A program made the position numbers and the translations under genes. A DNA stretch of 61,619 bases, filler included. It is 15 parts of 15 records of this genome, joined end to end, with 100 filler letters (N's around TTAATTAATTAA, not from the genome) between each part and the next. Parts side by side here need not be neighbours in the genome. Positions count along the whole stretch, not along the records: positions 1 to 3,253 come from SRR15195285_9538; positions 3,354 to 7,797 come from SRR15195285_9539; positions 7,898 to 12,622 come from SRR15195285_9549; 12 more parts are not named here. One strand, written 5' to 3'. Below the pieces are notes generated by a model, which was not told the origin of the DNA, did no database searches, and was given only the letters and a program-made list of their open reading frames with translations. Below, piece by piece: positions 1 to 9,623 of the stretch; position 1 is the first letter of the stretch; the number at the start of each line of letters is the position of its first letter.

Positions 1-283
1 TTCTTCCGGCCTGCCAACCTGGGCACTGCTTTGTAGTACCGTACGTGCACACTGCACCACCACTGACCACTCAGTCGAGTCAGCACGCACAGCTCACTGA
101 GCTCAGCTTGTGTTTCCCGTGCGTGGCGGTTCACGAACAGGCCCACACGCATGTGTTGCGTCGCTGCTGCCGCCGCCGCTGCTGGAGCGCCAGCGATGAG
201 CAGCTGAGCGGCGCCTGTCCGTGCGCGTAGTAAGGCTCCTGCAGCTGGCTCGCCGAAACAGGACGCCGTGTGCACTCACATCG

Positions 284-1651
284 ATGTCGCGTCACCGGCT
301 GCCCGTGGCCGTCGTGGGTGGTGGCAGCGCCGGCATCTCGGCGGTCGCGGCCCTGGCAGCATCAGGGACGCGCCACGTCGTGTGGTACGACGTACCGCAG
401 CACCACTCGCAGAGAGCCTTTGCAGTCGGCGAGCTGCAGGCGTACCGCAGCGTGCCCGCGAACACCAAGGTCGACAAGCTTCTCGGGCCCGGATGCTTCG
501 GCCACCATCTGCTCGCGCCGTGGATTGCAGCCAGTCAGCCAGCCCAAGCGGCGCTGCAACAGCTGCGCGAGCAGGCCGAGGCGATCCCCGAACTCGAACC
601 GTATGATCCGTCGCCTGACGGCTGGGTCGGGCTCGACCCCTGTCGCGCGGTCTATGCCCACATTGGGGAAGCTCTGGCGACAAGCGAGCACGTCACCTGC
701 GTCGCTGCGCGTGTTGCTCAGGTGCACTACGCCTCCGGCTGCTCAGCGCAGCGTTCTGGTGGCGATGGCAGCGCTGACGGACAGTGGACGGTGTGTACGG
801 AGGAGGAGAAGTTCCCAGAGATGCAGGTCTCCGCGCTGGTGCTGGCGACGGGAGGTACACCACGCCGTGTGGCGCTGCCACTCCTGTTGAGCCCTGCGCC
901 ATCACCGTCGGGCCCGGCAACTGGCACAACGACGGCAGGCCGCGTCACCGAGATTCCCCTGCGCACGGCACTAGATCCCAACCAGCTGGCCGATGCGCTT
1001 CGCTCCGAGGGCGAGGGCACGGACGTGTGCGTAGCGGTCATCGGCAACTCGCACACTGGTGTCGTCATCCTCGACCACTGCCGGAGCATCGGTGTCAAGG
1101 TGTACCTGGTGGGTCGCAGGCCCATCCGCCACGCCGAATGGGTCCCCGAGGAGTCCGATTATCGTTACACAATGTCGGGCCTCAAGGGTAAAGGCTCGGC
1201 AGTTGGGCGGTGGCTAGATGGCCAGGGCCAGAGCCAAACACTGACGGCGGCTACGGACGAAGAGTTGCAGAGATGCTTGCTTGCTGTTGGCTGCACACAC
1301 GTCGTGCAAGCGGTTGGATTTGAAGGCGCACCACTACCGAAGCTGACAATTGATGCCGCGCCGGTCTCATGGAGTGCAGAGGCGCTGGTCAGAGAGCCAG
1401 TCACCTCCCAGCTCCGTCTGCACTATGCTGACGGTGTCGGAATCACTGCTGAGGATGAAGCTACGCTTCAGCTGCAGCGTGTGTACGGTTTAGGCTTATG
1501 CTTTCCTGAGGATGAAGGTTACTGCCAACCTAGCCCTGACGAGAGACCCACCGGCTTTTCCTTCGCGAACAATTGCGCCGCAAGACTAGTGGCAGACCTG
1601 GACAGGATTGACAGCGTCAACCAGGGCACGCCACCTAGGCCGGCGTTGTGA
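284..1651 (+). CDS. FAD-dependent pyridine nucleotide-disulfide oxidoreductase-like protein (intronless)
   Basis: N-terminal Rossmann motif VAVVGGGSAG, LVLATG motif, second dinucleotide motif VAVIGNSHTG, and VQAVGF. The first in-frame ATG is at 284. Confidence 0.75.
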   Translation: MSRHRLPVAVVGGGSAGISAVAALAASGTRHVVWYDVPQHHSQRAFAVGELQAYRSVPANTKVDKLLGPGCFGHHLLAPWIAASQPAQAALQQLREQAEAIPELEPYDPSPDGWVGLDPCRAVYAHIGEALATSEHVTCVAARVAQVHYASGCSAQRSGGDGSADGQWTVCTEEEKFPEMQVSALVLATGGTPRRVALPLLLSPAPSPSGPATGTTTAGRVTEIPLRTALDPNQLADALRSEGEGTDVCVAVIGNSHTGVVILDHCRSIGVKVYLVGRRPIRHAEWVPEESDYRYTMSGLKGKGSAVGRWLDGQGQSQTLTAATDEELQRCLLAVGCTHVVQAVGFEGAPLPKLTIDAAPVSWSAEALVREPVTSQLRLHYADGVGITAEDEATLQLQRVYGLGLCFPEDEGYCQPSPDERPTGFSFANNCAARLVADLDRIDSVNQGTPPRPAL

Positions 1652-2069
1652 CCATCAATACAAGGTGCTGCACGCAGTGGATACGACGGAGCGTGCCCAG
1701 CCTAGCGCGCGCGCAGGCAGCGATGCGTCGCACGGCTTCAAGGTCGCCGTGAAGCTGGCGCTGTAGAGGTCACAAGTGAGCGTGGCTTCAAGATTTCTGA
1801 TGAGCTAGCGTGGCTGTGCGCTGATCCGCCTGACTACTCGGTGAGCAGCTGAGCACCCACGGAGCCGAGATGTCGCAGGGTTCGGGGCCCCATGCTTTGC
1901 GTATGACAAAGTTGTGCATAGCTATCACAACCACAGAACCGGTTCTGCGTCGGCGGCGGCTGCTGTGCGTGCGTGCGTGCGTGCGTGCCGCTCTTCCCTC
2001 TTCCCCTCCTCCCCCATCCTAGCACGCCCGCCGCCCAGCACGGCCGCACATCGTCCGCCGGGCGCCCAG

Positions 2070-2778
2070 CTAGTGCCCCTCGGTCTGGGAGCGCAAGTTG
2101 GTAATCCGCACGAACTCCGGCAGCGATATCACCCCTGTTCCTGTCTGATCCGCCTCGTCGATCATTTCCTGCATCGTCTCCGCGCCGATGTCCGTCTCGA
2201 TGCCCAGCATCTTGGTTATCCGTTGCAGGTCCTCTTTGGTCAGCACAACGCCCTCGTCCGGCGTCGACACTGTCGGCCCGAACATACGGAACGCCTGGCA
2301 CGTCTCCTCGTACGTCGAGGTCTCCCCCATCTTCATCGTCATGATCTCTGTGAACTGCGCCTCCGTCACCATCTTGGCCTGCGGGTCGGCAACGTGCGGC
2401 GCGATCGCCAGCTGCGCCTGCACGACCATCTTCTGCAGCTCGGTCGGCGAGGGCTCGAAGCCCATCGCCCGCATCGTCACCATCAGATCGGACGTGCTGA
2501 TCTCCCCCGTCTCATCCACATCGAACAAGTCGAACGCCTCCTTGATATCCTGCCAGTAGCGAGCAACGCCAGCGCCAGCGCCACCGTGTGATCAAGACAC
2601 TCCCAACCCGCTCCCGAAAACCGCACCCAATCACCAGCCACCACCCCCATCCCCAGCGGCGAGCTCGCTCCCAACGAACACGAGCAGTGCAGTGCATGGC
2701 GCTGTGGCGTACCGTCTTCTCCTCGTCGGTGAGGTTCACCGGTGGGCCGGACTTCTTCGCCACCTTCGCCATCGCCAT
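2070..2778 (-). CDS. Centrin/caltractin-like EF-hand protein; join(2713..2778, 2070..2549)
   Basis: Removing GT-AG intron 2550..2712 gives [24 protein letters not shown]...MRAMGFEP...[20 protein letters not shown], a typical centrin pattern. Confidence 0.85.
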
Positions 2779-3253
2779 CGCAACGACGTTTTGCCACAGC
2801 CAGTACGGTACTCTGAGTAGATCTATTATACACCCAGGAGAATGCACTGAGAAATACAGTGGGCACCGATGTCTTTCCCGCACACGGAACACTACTACTC
2901 TGAATATCCGGCAATCCGGGTACTTTGTGTGTGAGTTGTCTCGAGGATGTGAAACCGTCCGGCATTTCTCGAATTTCGATCGTGGTAGTGACCCTTCTGG
3001 CACGTGGCTGCTGGCCAGTTCTGACCGATCCCAAAATGGCCCACAATTCGGTAGTGACACGAACCACTCTGCATCAATTTTGGCAGCTGATGAGCAGATG
3101 ATCGAGAAATGCACGGGGATTTGCTGGTCAGGATACAATCACACACCACAAGCGAGGCCAGATCGCCAGAACCATTCAAATCAGAAAATATCATGTCTGA
3201 TAGGAAATTCCTATGAGAACAACACCAGTGTCTCGGGGCGGTCCGCGGCGTCT

Positions 3254-3353
3254 NNNNNNNNNNNNNNNNNNNNNNNNNNNNNNNNNNNNNNNNNNNNTTA
3301 ATTAATTAANNNNNNNNNNNNNNNNNNNNNNNNNNNNNNNNNNNNNNNNNNNN
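3254..3353. other. Artificial contig spacer (N44-TTAATTAATTAA-N44), first of 14
   Basis: Identical linkers with stops in all six frames also at 7798, 12623, 17633, 20853, 24147, 27270, 31240, 34772, 37960, 42841, 47495, 51462 and 58491 (each 100 nt). Confidence 0.99.
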
Positions 3354-3393
3354 AGCGTGCGTGCGTGCGTGCGTGCGCGCGCGTGTTTCTGAC

Positions 3394-4258
3394 CTGAACA
3401 ATTGGACCCATTACTTCAAACCAGAGGCCGGTTGGGTCAGCAGCGAATGCGAAAGGTCCGAACTCTCCCCACTCCATCATGATGCTCACCCCATCCTGCA
3501 GAAACAGAAACAGAAACGTCTTCCCCCCTTCAACATTCCTAATATTTGTCCCGAGCCTGTCTTGGCAAATATTCGGTTTCTTTGAGAAGACGATAAAATG
3601 GCGCAAAAAGACGTTGGACTATATAGTTCCGCACCGCCGCCATCGCACTGCAGGCGCTCTCAGCGTCACGGCGCGCGAAGCCGAGGTGGTCGATGCGTCG
3701 CTGCGCCTTGTCGATCGGCGCGGCTGCGCCCGGGCGCGCCCGAGAGAAGCAGAGCAGGAGCCCCGTGTCGGGGAAGCGCAGCGCCTTGCGGTCCGGTGCG
3801 AACCGCGGGCCGTCGCGCCGCACGCCGCCCAGGTGCGCCTCGTACCACCCGAGCAGCTCGTCCGGCTCGTGGGCGACGACGTTCACGTGAGACAGGCCGG
3901 GCGACCCGCTCTGGATCAGCTCAAAGAGGACGCCCCACGGGTCCGTTGCGGTGGCCACCTCGACCACGCCGCACTGCGAGCGCTGGGAGACGATGGCCCC
4001 GCCGTCGGCGGCCCAGCTGGCCAGCGTGGCGCTCAGGTTTGAGACGGCGATGCCGACACTGGCGATCCAGGCGCTGCCGTCGGGCTCCATGGCTAGCGGC
4101 GCTGAGCTTTGGACCTGGAGGAGGTTGAGGCGCCCGTCCAGCACGTTCTCGGAGCGCGGCGTGGGCTTGGAGACGCGCAGCCCGGTGTGCGCGGCGAGCC
4201 ACGCGGCAGCCTTGTCCCGCTCCTTGGTCGTCACGTGCACATGCGAGAGACCCTCCAT
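3394..4258 (-). CDS. Glyoxalase/VOC-superfamily protein with tandem VOC domains; intron 3496..3634; 3' end probably lost at the contig edge
   Basis: Paired motifs GLSHVHV / GLSHVNV, DPWGVLFELIQ / DPTGLWFEVM, and IDHLGF. A phase-0 intron restores AMAA-DGVSIM. Confidence 0.8.
3496..3634 (-). mobile_element. Introner-like intron with symmetric subterminal inverted repeats
   Basis: GTGCGG...CTGCAG intron. An 8-bp inverted repeat AACGTCTT (3515-3522) / AAGACGTT (3608-3615) sits 19 nt inside each end. Internal TGCCAAGACAGGCTCGGGACAAA motif. Confidence 0.55.
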
Positions 4259-5567
4259 GGCTGCGGGCGGGCTGCCGGCGCGCTCGCTCGATCGCGCGAG
4301 TCGGGCTCCTCGTGGCGCGCCAGTAGTGCGGCGACTACATGTATACCATCGATCGCCGGCCACCATGCACTCGCGCGCGCGCGGGCCGCGGCCGCGCGCG
4401 CGCGTCGGCGCACGCCACGAAGTGCCCAGGTATGCTGAGCACAATCTGCTGATTTTTGGCCAACTGAGACCGGGGGAGTTCAAAGGCGGTTACGCAACCA
4501 CGTACTGTGGCTGTTTGGCGGCCCCAATAGGCGTGCTATGCCTTGTCATGTACAGGGTGGATCTCCTTCGAAGGTCTGTGTGGTCAGCTAGTGTAGCCGG
4601 CGCCGTAGAGTGTTGGTTTAGCAGCCGTTTTGGTGAGGCTCGTATAGGGTGACCACGCCTCGAGATTTGAATTTTTACACGTCTCATGCGCAACGGATAG
4701 CACCAACACCACTCGCGCCCACACCCTGGCAGCATAAGAGGCCGCTCTAGCTGTATGCCGAGAGTGCCGATCGAGCTCAGCTACGTCATCTAAGCATAAC
4801 TGACACCCGAGATATAACTTGCCCCTTGCATGCATGGATGGGTGGGCTTTGCATCGGTGGGTGGGCTTTGAATAGACACGTTGGGGGCGCAACGGTAACT
4901 CTGCCAGTACCCATCCTCTCGGCGACTAAGCACGGCAGTTGTGATTGGGGGGCTGCGCACCCTGGCGTGTACAAGGGTTGCTGGGCTGACAGAGTGGGGC
5001 ATGAACCGGTCAATGGACGTCCAGACCACGGACGCGACATGGATGATGATCGACGGTTGGGACCCACGATTCCCTTTCATTCGCCGCAACAATTTGCGGT
5101 CGACTGTGCGTCACGTTAGGTACGCGGACTGCGTACCTCGACTACGCAAAAAGCACCGTCCGGCGCGCGCTCGGGCGCGCGCGCTGGACAAGGACTAGCT
5201 AAACCGCTTGCGGGAGCGGCCAGCTAGGGGGCCTGGGCTGGTCTCGGGACCAGCCTGGCTTCCTTAACTGCCGCGGACGAACCGCGCAAAGAAACGGCTG
5301 CGTGCTGGGTGAGGCCAAGCAACAGCCGCAACTTTGTCAGTCTTAGCACTTGCAAGTTCGTGTCAGGAACTGAGCATTCCCTTCCTCTCTTCGCCTGCCT
5401 TCCGCAAGTGGCGATGGGGCAATATCCGACCGCCGTGGGGTCCGGACACGCCGCGTGCAAGTCAACCGCGCGTGCTGCAACACGCCGGTGCGCGTCACCG
5501 CGTACCGCGCTAGCATAGGCTTCCCGTCACCGTATCGCGCCACCCTACCGCCCCACGACCGCCAAGC

Positions 5568-7797
5568 ATGGCATCATCCGAGACCGCCAACCCACTGGCC
5601 CTGCAGGACGATACCGACGATGACGCCCATGCCGCCCGCGCCGCCGACGAGGACGAAGAGGGCGCCGCAGCCCTCGTAGCGCACGCCGCCACGGCCGCCG
5701 AGGAGGCCATCGCGCGGACCGCCGGCAGTGCCGAGGTCGCCGCCGCGGGCGGGCTGGCCGAGATGGACGACGCGGCTCACGCCAGCAACATCCGGCAGGC
5801 CTTCGCCAAGCTCCACCTGAACGGCGTCGGCGGCATCGTCGCGCAGGGCTACGTCATCGTCGGCTACTTCTCCAACTTCGCGCTGCTGACGATGGTCGAG
5901 ATCGAGTGGCCCAGCGGCTGGCTGGCCAGGTTCGCGTGGCTCAAGGCGCTCGCGTTCCCGTTCAAGGTACTGCTGCCGGTCGATCTGCTGGTGGAGGACG
6001 TGGCGGTCGGCGAGACGCTGGCGCTCGTGCTGACGCTGTGCACCCACCCGGCGATCTTTGCGTACATGGTTTACCGCGTGTCCTTCTTCAAGGATTCCCA
6101 ACCTTGGGAATCCTCGAAGAAGGACAAGTGGGCGGCCGCCGCGGAGCAGGGCGGCTGGCCTGTGCGCGCGGCCGCATGGCTGGCGCTGTGGCTCGCGCCG
6201 GCCACGCTCTTTGAGGCCGGCCGCAGCGCCCTCGGCTTTGGCAATTCAGCCAGCGCAGATGGAGCGGCCCTCACTGAGAGCGGTGGGAGCGGTGGGAGCG
6301 GGAGCTATCTGCCCGGTGGAGCAAAGGGGGCTGCAGAAGCCGGGCACGTACTCAGCAGCTTCACTGTCGCGTGGCTCCTCTGCGTCGGCGCAGTGATCGT
6401 GCCGTGCGTGCTGCACCGCTTCGCGCTGCGCTCAGCCTACGAGACTTCTCGCAAGCGGAACGAGCCCAAGGAGACATTCTTTGGCACCTGGGCCTACGCC
6501 GAGGGCAGCGTGCTGCTCTTCGCATACATCGCGCTGCACCTGAGCGTGGTGGTGGCGTGCGTGAGGCAGATCGCGCGCTTCTTCGATGAGGCGGACGGTG
6601 TGGACGCGGCTCTGGGGGCAGGTGGCACGCTGGTCATCTGGCTCGTGCCTGTGGCTGGATTCTTCCTTGGCAACAAGATTGACAGCGAGGAAATGAGGGT
6701 GGTGGCATTTCTATCTGCAGGCTGCCTCGTAGTCGGTGTGCTTGTTACCGGCGTGATTTACCTGCCCTCTGGTTTCGCCAGCATGGTCTTCGGCCCCGCC
6801 TACGCCCTCTTGCTGCCGGCGTTCCTGTTGCTCATCCTCATCCTCGACAACTGGAGAGAGGATCCCGACAGAAACCCAGAAGAAAAGATCGCCAAATGGA
6901 TCGAGGAAAAGGAAAAGGACCCACTGAACGACCGCGCAGAGGCCATCGAGGCGCTCGTTGCTGAGGAAGTGGCGAAGGGAGACGAGAACAGCCTGGTTGC
7001 ACCATGGAGGTACTCGCTGGTGGCGCCGTTCGAGCGGCAGTTCTGGTTCATGAAGATCGCAATGATGCTGGAGAAAGTTGCGCTCGGCGCGTTCGTTGTG
7101 GGCACGCGAGGGGCAGTGCAGCTGTGGGGATCGGTCGGCATCTCCACGCTGGGCACGGCCTTTTACGTGTGGAAGAAGCCGATGTTGGACGACGGAGAGG
7201 ACTTTTCGGAGTGTTTCGCACGAGGCAGCAACACCGCGATCGTCATCACCGGCGCGCTAGTGCACTACAGCAACATTGAAAAGAAAACTGGAGAGGGGAT
7301 CCTGACGGTCACTTCAGTCGTGACCATGGGTGTGTTTGTGTTGACGATCGGCCCACGCCGCGTGGTTAGCACTCTGACCGCATTCTTCCTCAAGCGAGCT
7401 GCGCTACAGAAGGCGGCCAAGATGGACGAGGCTTACATCAAGGGCACGATGGTGGTGGAGCAAGTGCACGCTGTGGATGACCGACTGTTCGCAAACATGT
7501 CCCCTGATCAGCAAGGCTGGCTGGCGCAACACAAGGGATCTGCTCTGCGTGGCTCCAGGCTGACGGTGATCAGGGTCGGCGCTTTGTCACTGCCGATGAA
7601 GCAGCCGTACACGAGCTCCACGCTAGATGCAACAGGACAGATCGATAGCGTGGGACGAGCGCGTGTAACCGCGTGGTGGCTCGCTACGGACGCTGCGGCC
7701 GCCGTTGCGGATCTGAATATTTCCGAGGCAGTCATCGGCGGTGCAGGACCTACGTTGGTCGAAGCGGTTTCTGCCTCATCCTCTCTGGAGTTCATCA
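5568..7797 (+). CDS. Multi-pass membrane protein with the start of a C-terminal leucine-rich repeat (3' truncated)
   Basis: Open frame of >740 codons with many hydrophobic segments. PFERQFWFMK...LEK resembles GPCR-like/TRP-C type proteins, and it ends in LRR-like LNISEAVIGGAG...SSSLEFI. Confidence 0.65.
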
Positions 7798-8069
7798 NNN
7801 NNNNNNNNNNNNNNNNNNNNNNNNNNNNNNNNNNNNNNNNNTTAATTAATTAANNNNNNNNNNNNNNNNNNNNNNNNNNNNNNNNNNNNNNNNNNNNTGG
7901 ATAACTCCGCCGCTTTTCCCGGCTGCATGCACCCCACCGTGCACGCGCGCGGGTCCTCGCGCTCGCTCGGGTCCTGACGCTGGCTGCTGGGTCGCGCGCT
8001 GCGTCGCGATTGCCGCGGCGATCGATACTGGTACGTACAGGGAGCTTACGCTCGCGTCGTGCCGTCGAC

Positions 8070-9467
8070 ATGGCCCCGCCACTGATGCTCACGGCAGCGC
8101 TACACGTATTGGAAGCTGCTGCTGCACCTGCGGCCCCCCCCTCATCATTATGCTACAATTCCTCCGCACTCCACACCCAAATGAATCTCGATGCGCCCGG
8201 GCACCCGACAACCGGCAGCACGCTCGACGCCTGCGGCGCTGCCTGCTGTGGCGATCCTGAGTGCGCCGGGTTTACCTTCACTTTGCGGCAGCCCACTGGC
8301 AACGAGGCCTGCGAGACCTCCACACCGTGCTGCTGGATAAAGACTGGTCACGGCGAACTCGCCACTAGAAAGTGCGGTGTGGAGAACGGCAACTGCACAT
8401 CCGCGGTCGTGCGTGACCCAGCCCCAGCAAAGCCTTCGCGTTTCTGGACGCCGACGCTCAACTACGTCAAGACGATCGCACTAGATACCACTGGCAACCT
8501 CCGCGATCCGTCTTCTGTAGTGCAGGATCCGCAGACCAAGCGTTTTCATTTCTGGGTTGACTATATGCCTGGCGCCACTCAGCCTGGCTGGCACGCCTAT
8601 CTGCACCACTACAGCGCCTCGGAGATCACTGGCCCGTGGACAAACCACGGCCTTGCGCTCAATCACTCTTCTGACCCACGCGCCTGGGACTACAGTGGCC
8701 AGTTCTCTTCGTCGGTGATCTATTCGGCGGAGGAGCAGCTGTGGTACCTGTTTTACTCTGCGTCGGGCGCGAATCAATCGAGCCTGCTCACGTGTGCGCA
8801 GCTTGCAGCCAGCTCACGCAGTCCGGACGGCCCGTGGATCGTGCTTGGTGCAGTTGCTACGCCCACTGGAGTCCCAAGCAACAATTGGACGGGAGGCTGG
8901 AACACTCGGCGATTGGACTCTGGCCGGGCTCTGATCATTGGTGGACAAAAGGGGTACTGGACCAAAGGGGTACAGGGCAAAAATGTCGCGAGCGAGGGCC
9001 TCTATCTTCCACACTCGCCACATTCTTTCGCGCCACCGTATGCCGAGGCTCCAGGCAACCCGAGATTCAAACCGCCAGCATCAGACTCCGCCGGATACGA
9101 GAACTGTGAGTTCTTTAAAGGTGGTTACCCTGCGCCGTCAAGCCAGCTGCATATCTGGTGCAGTTGGCACAGCGGATCCGGCATCCCAGGTCTCCCACGA
9201 GGGCAGTCACCACATTTCGTTGTCGATCTTACAACCGATCCGCTGGGTGAGCACTGGGTTTACGCGGGCTCACTCAACTGGCAAAATAAGTCAGACACTG
9301 GCCCGGCTCCCGGCGAGCCGACGCCTGTGTACGAGAATGGCGCGCCAGGAGACGCCTCCTCGGTCCAGTATTTCATCGCGCGGCAACATACTGGGCACAA
9401 AGGGGCCGGGGCTCTCGCCATAGGGCTGTACTCGCTAAGCTGGGCCGCTCCCAGTGTCGAGCAGTAA
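8070..9467 (+). CDS. Secreted five-bladed beta-propeller glycoside hydrolase (GH117/GH43-like) with an N-terminal PAN/apple-like Cys domain
   Basis: Signal-like N-terminus. CGAACCGDPECAGFTF...CWIK (PAN-like), then LRDPSSVV, GPWTNHG, AWDYSGQFSS, WYLFYS, SPDGPW and GYENCEFF. Confidence 0.7.
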   Translation: MAPPLMLTAALHVLEAAAAPAAPPSSLCYNSSALHTQMNLDAPGHPTTGSTLDACGAACCGDPECAGFTFTLRQPTGNEACETSTPCCWIKTGHGELATRKCGVENGNCTSAVVRDPAPAKPSRFWTPTLNYVKTIALDTTGNLRDPSSVVQDPQTKRFHFWVDYMPGATQPGWHAYLHHYSASEITGPWTNHGLALNHSSDPRAWDYSGQFSSSVIYSAEEQLWYLFYSASGANQSSLLTCAQLAASSRSPDGPWIVLGAVATPTGVPSNNWTGGWNTRRLDSGRALIIGGQKGYWTKGVQGKNVASEGLYLPHSPHSFAPPYAEAPGNPRFKPPASDSAGYENCEFFKGGYPAPSSQLHIWCSWHSGSGIPGLPRGQSPHFVVDLTTDPLGEHWVYAGSLNWQNKSDTGPAPGEPTPVYENGAPGDASSVQYFIARQHTGHKGAGALAIGLYSLSWAAPSVEQ

Positions 9468-9623
9468 TGAGTGGTCAGTCTCCACTGAATAAATTCAGTG
9501 GGTGACCGACCAAGATAGTCTGTAAAGCTTGCTCCGCGACACTATTAAACACGTAGGGAACAAACGCAGCTTCATTTGCTGCGAATAGTTTGTACGATTC
9601 GTATGGCTAGATCAGATCGGGGC

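Noticed and set aside
268-1404. Numerous long overlapping antisense and alternate-frame ORFs here and throughout the window
   Set aside because: Expected shadow ORFs of GC-rich coding DNA; Arg/Ala/Pro-rich with no motifs.
4490-5500. Short ORFs and a GGGTGGGCTTTG duplication between divergent genes
   Set aside because: No recognisable motifs or RNA structure; treated as intergenic.
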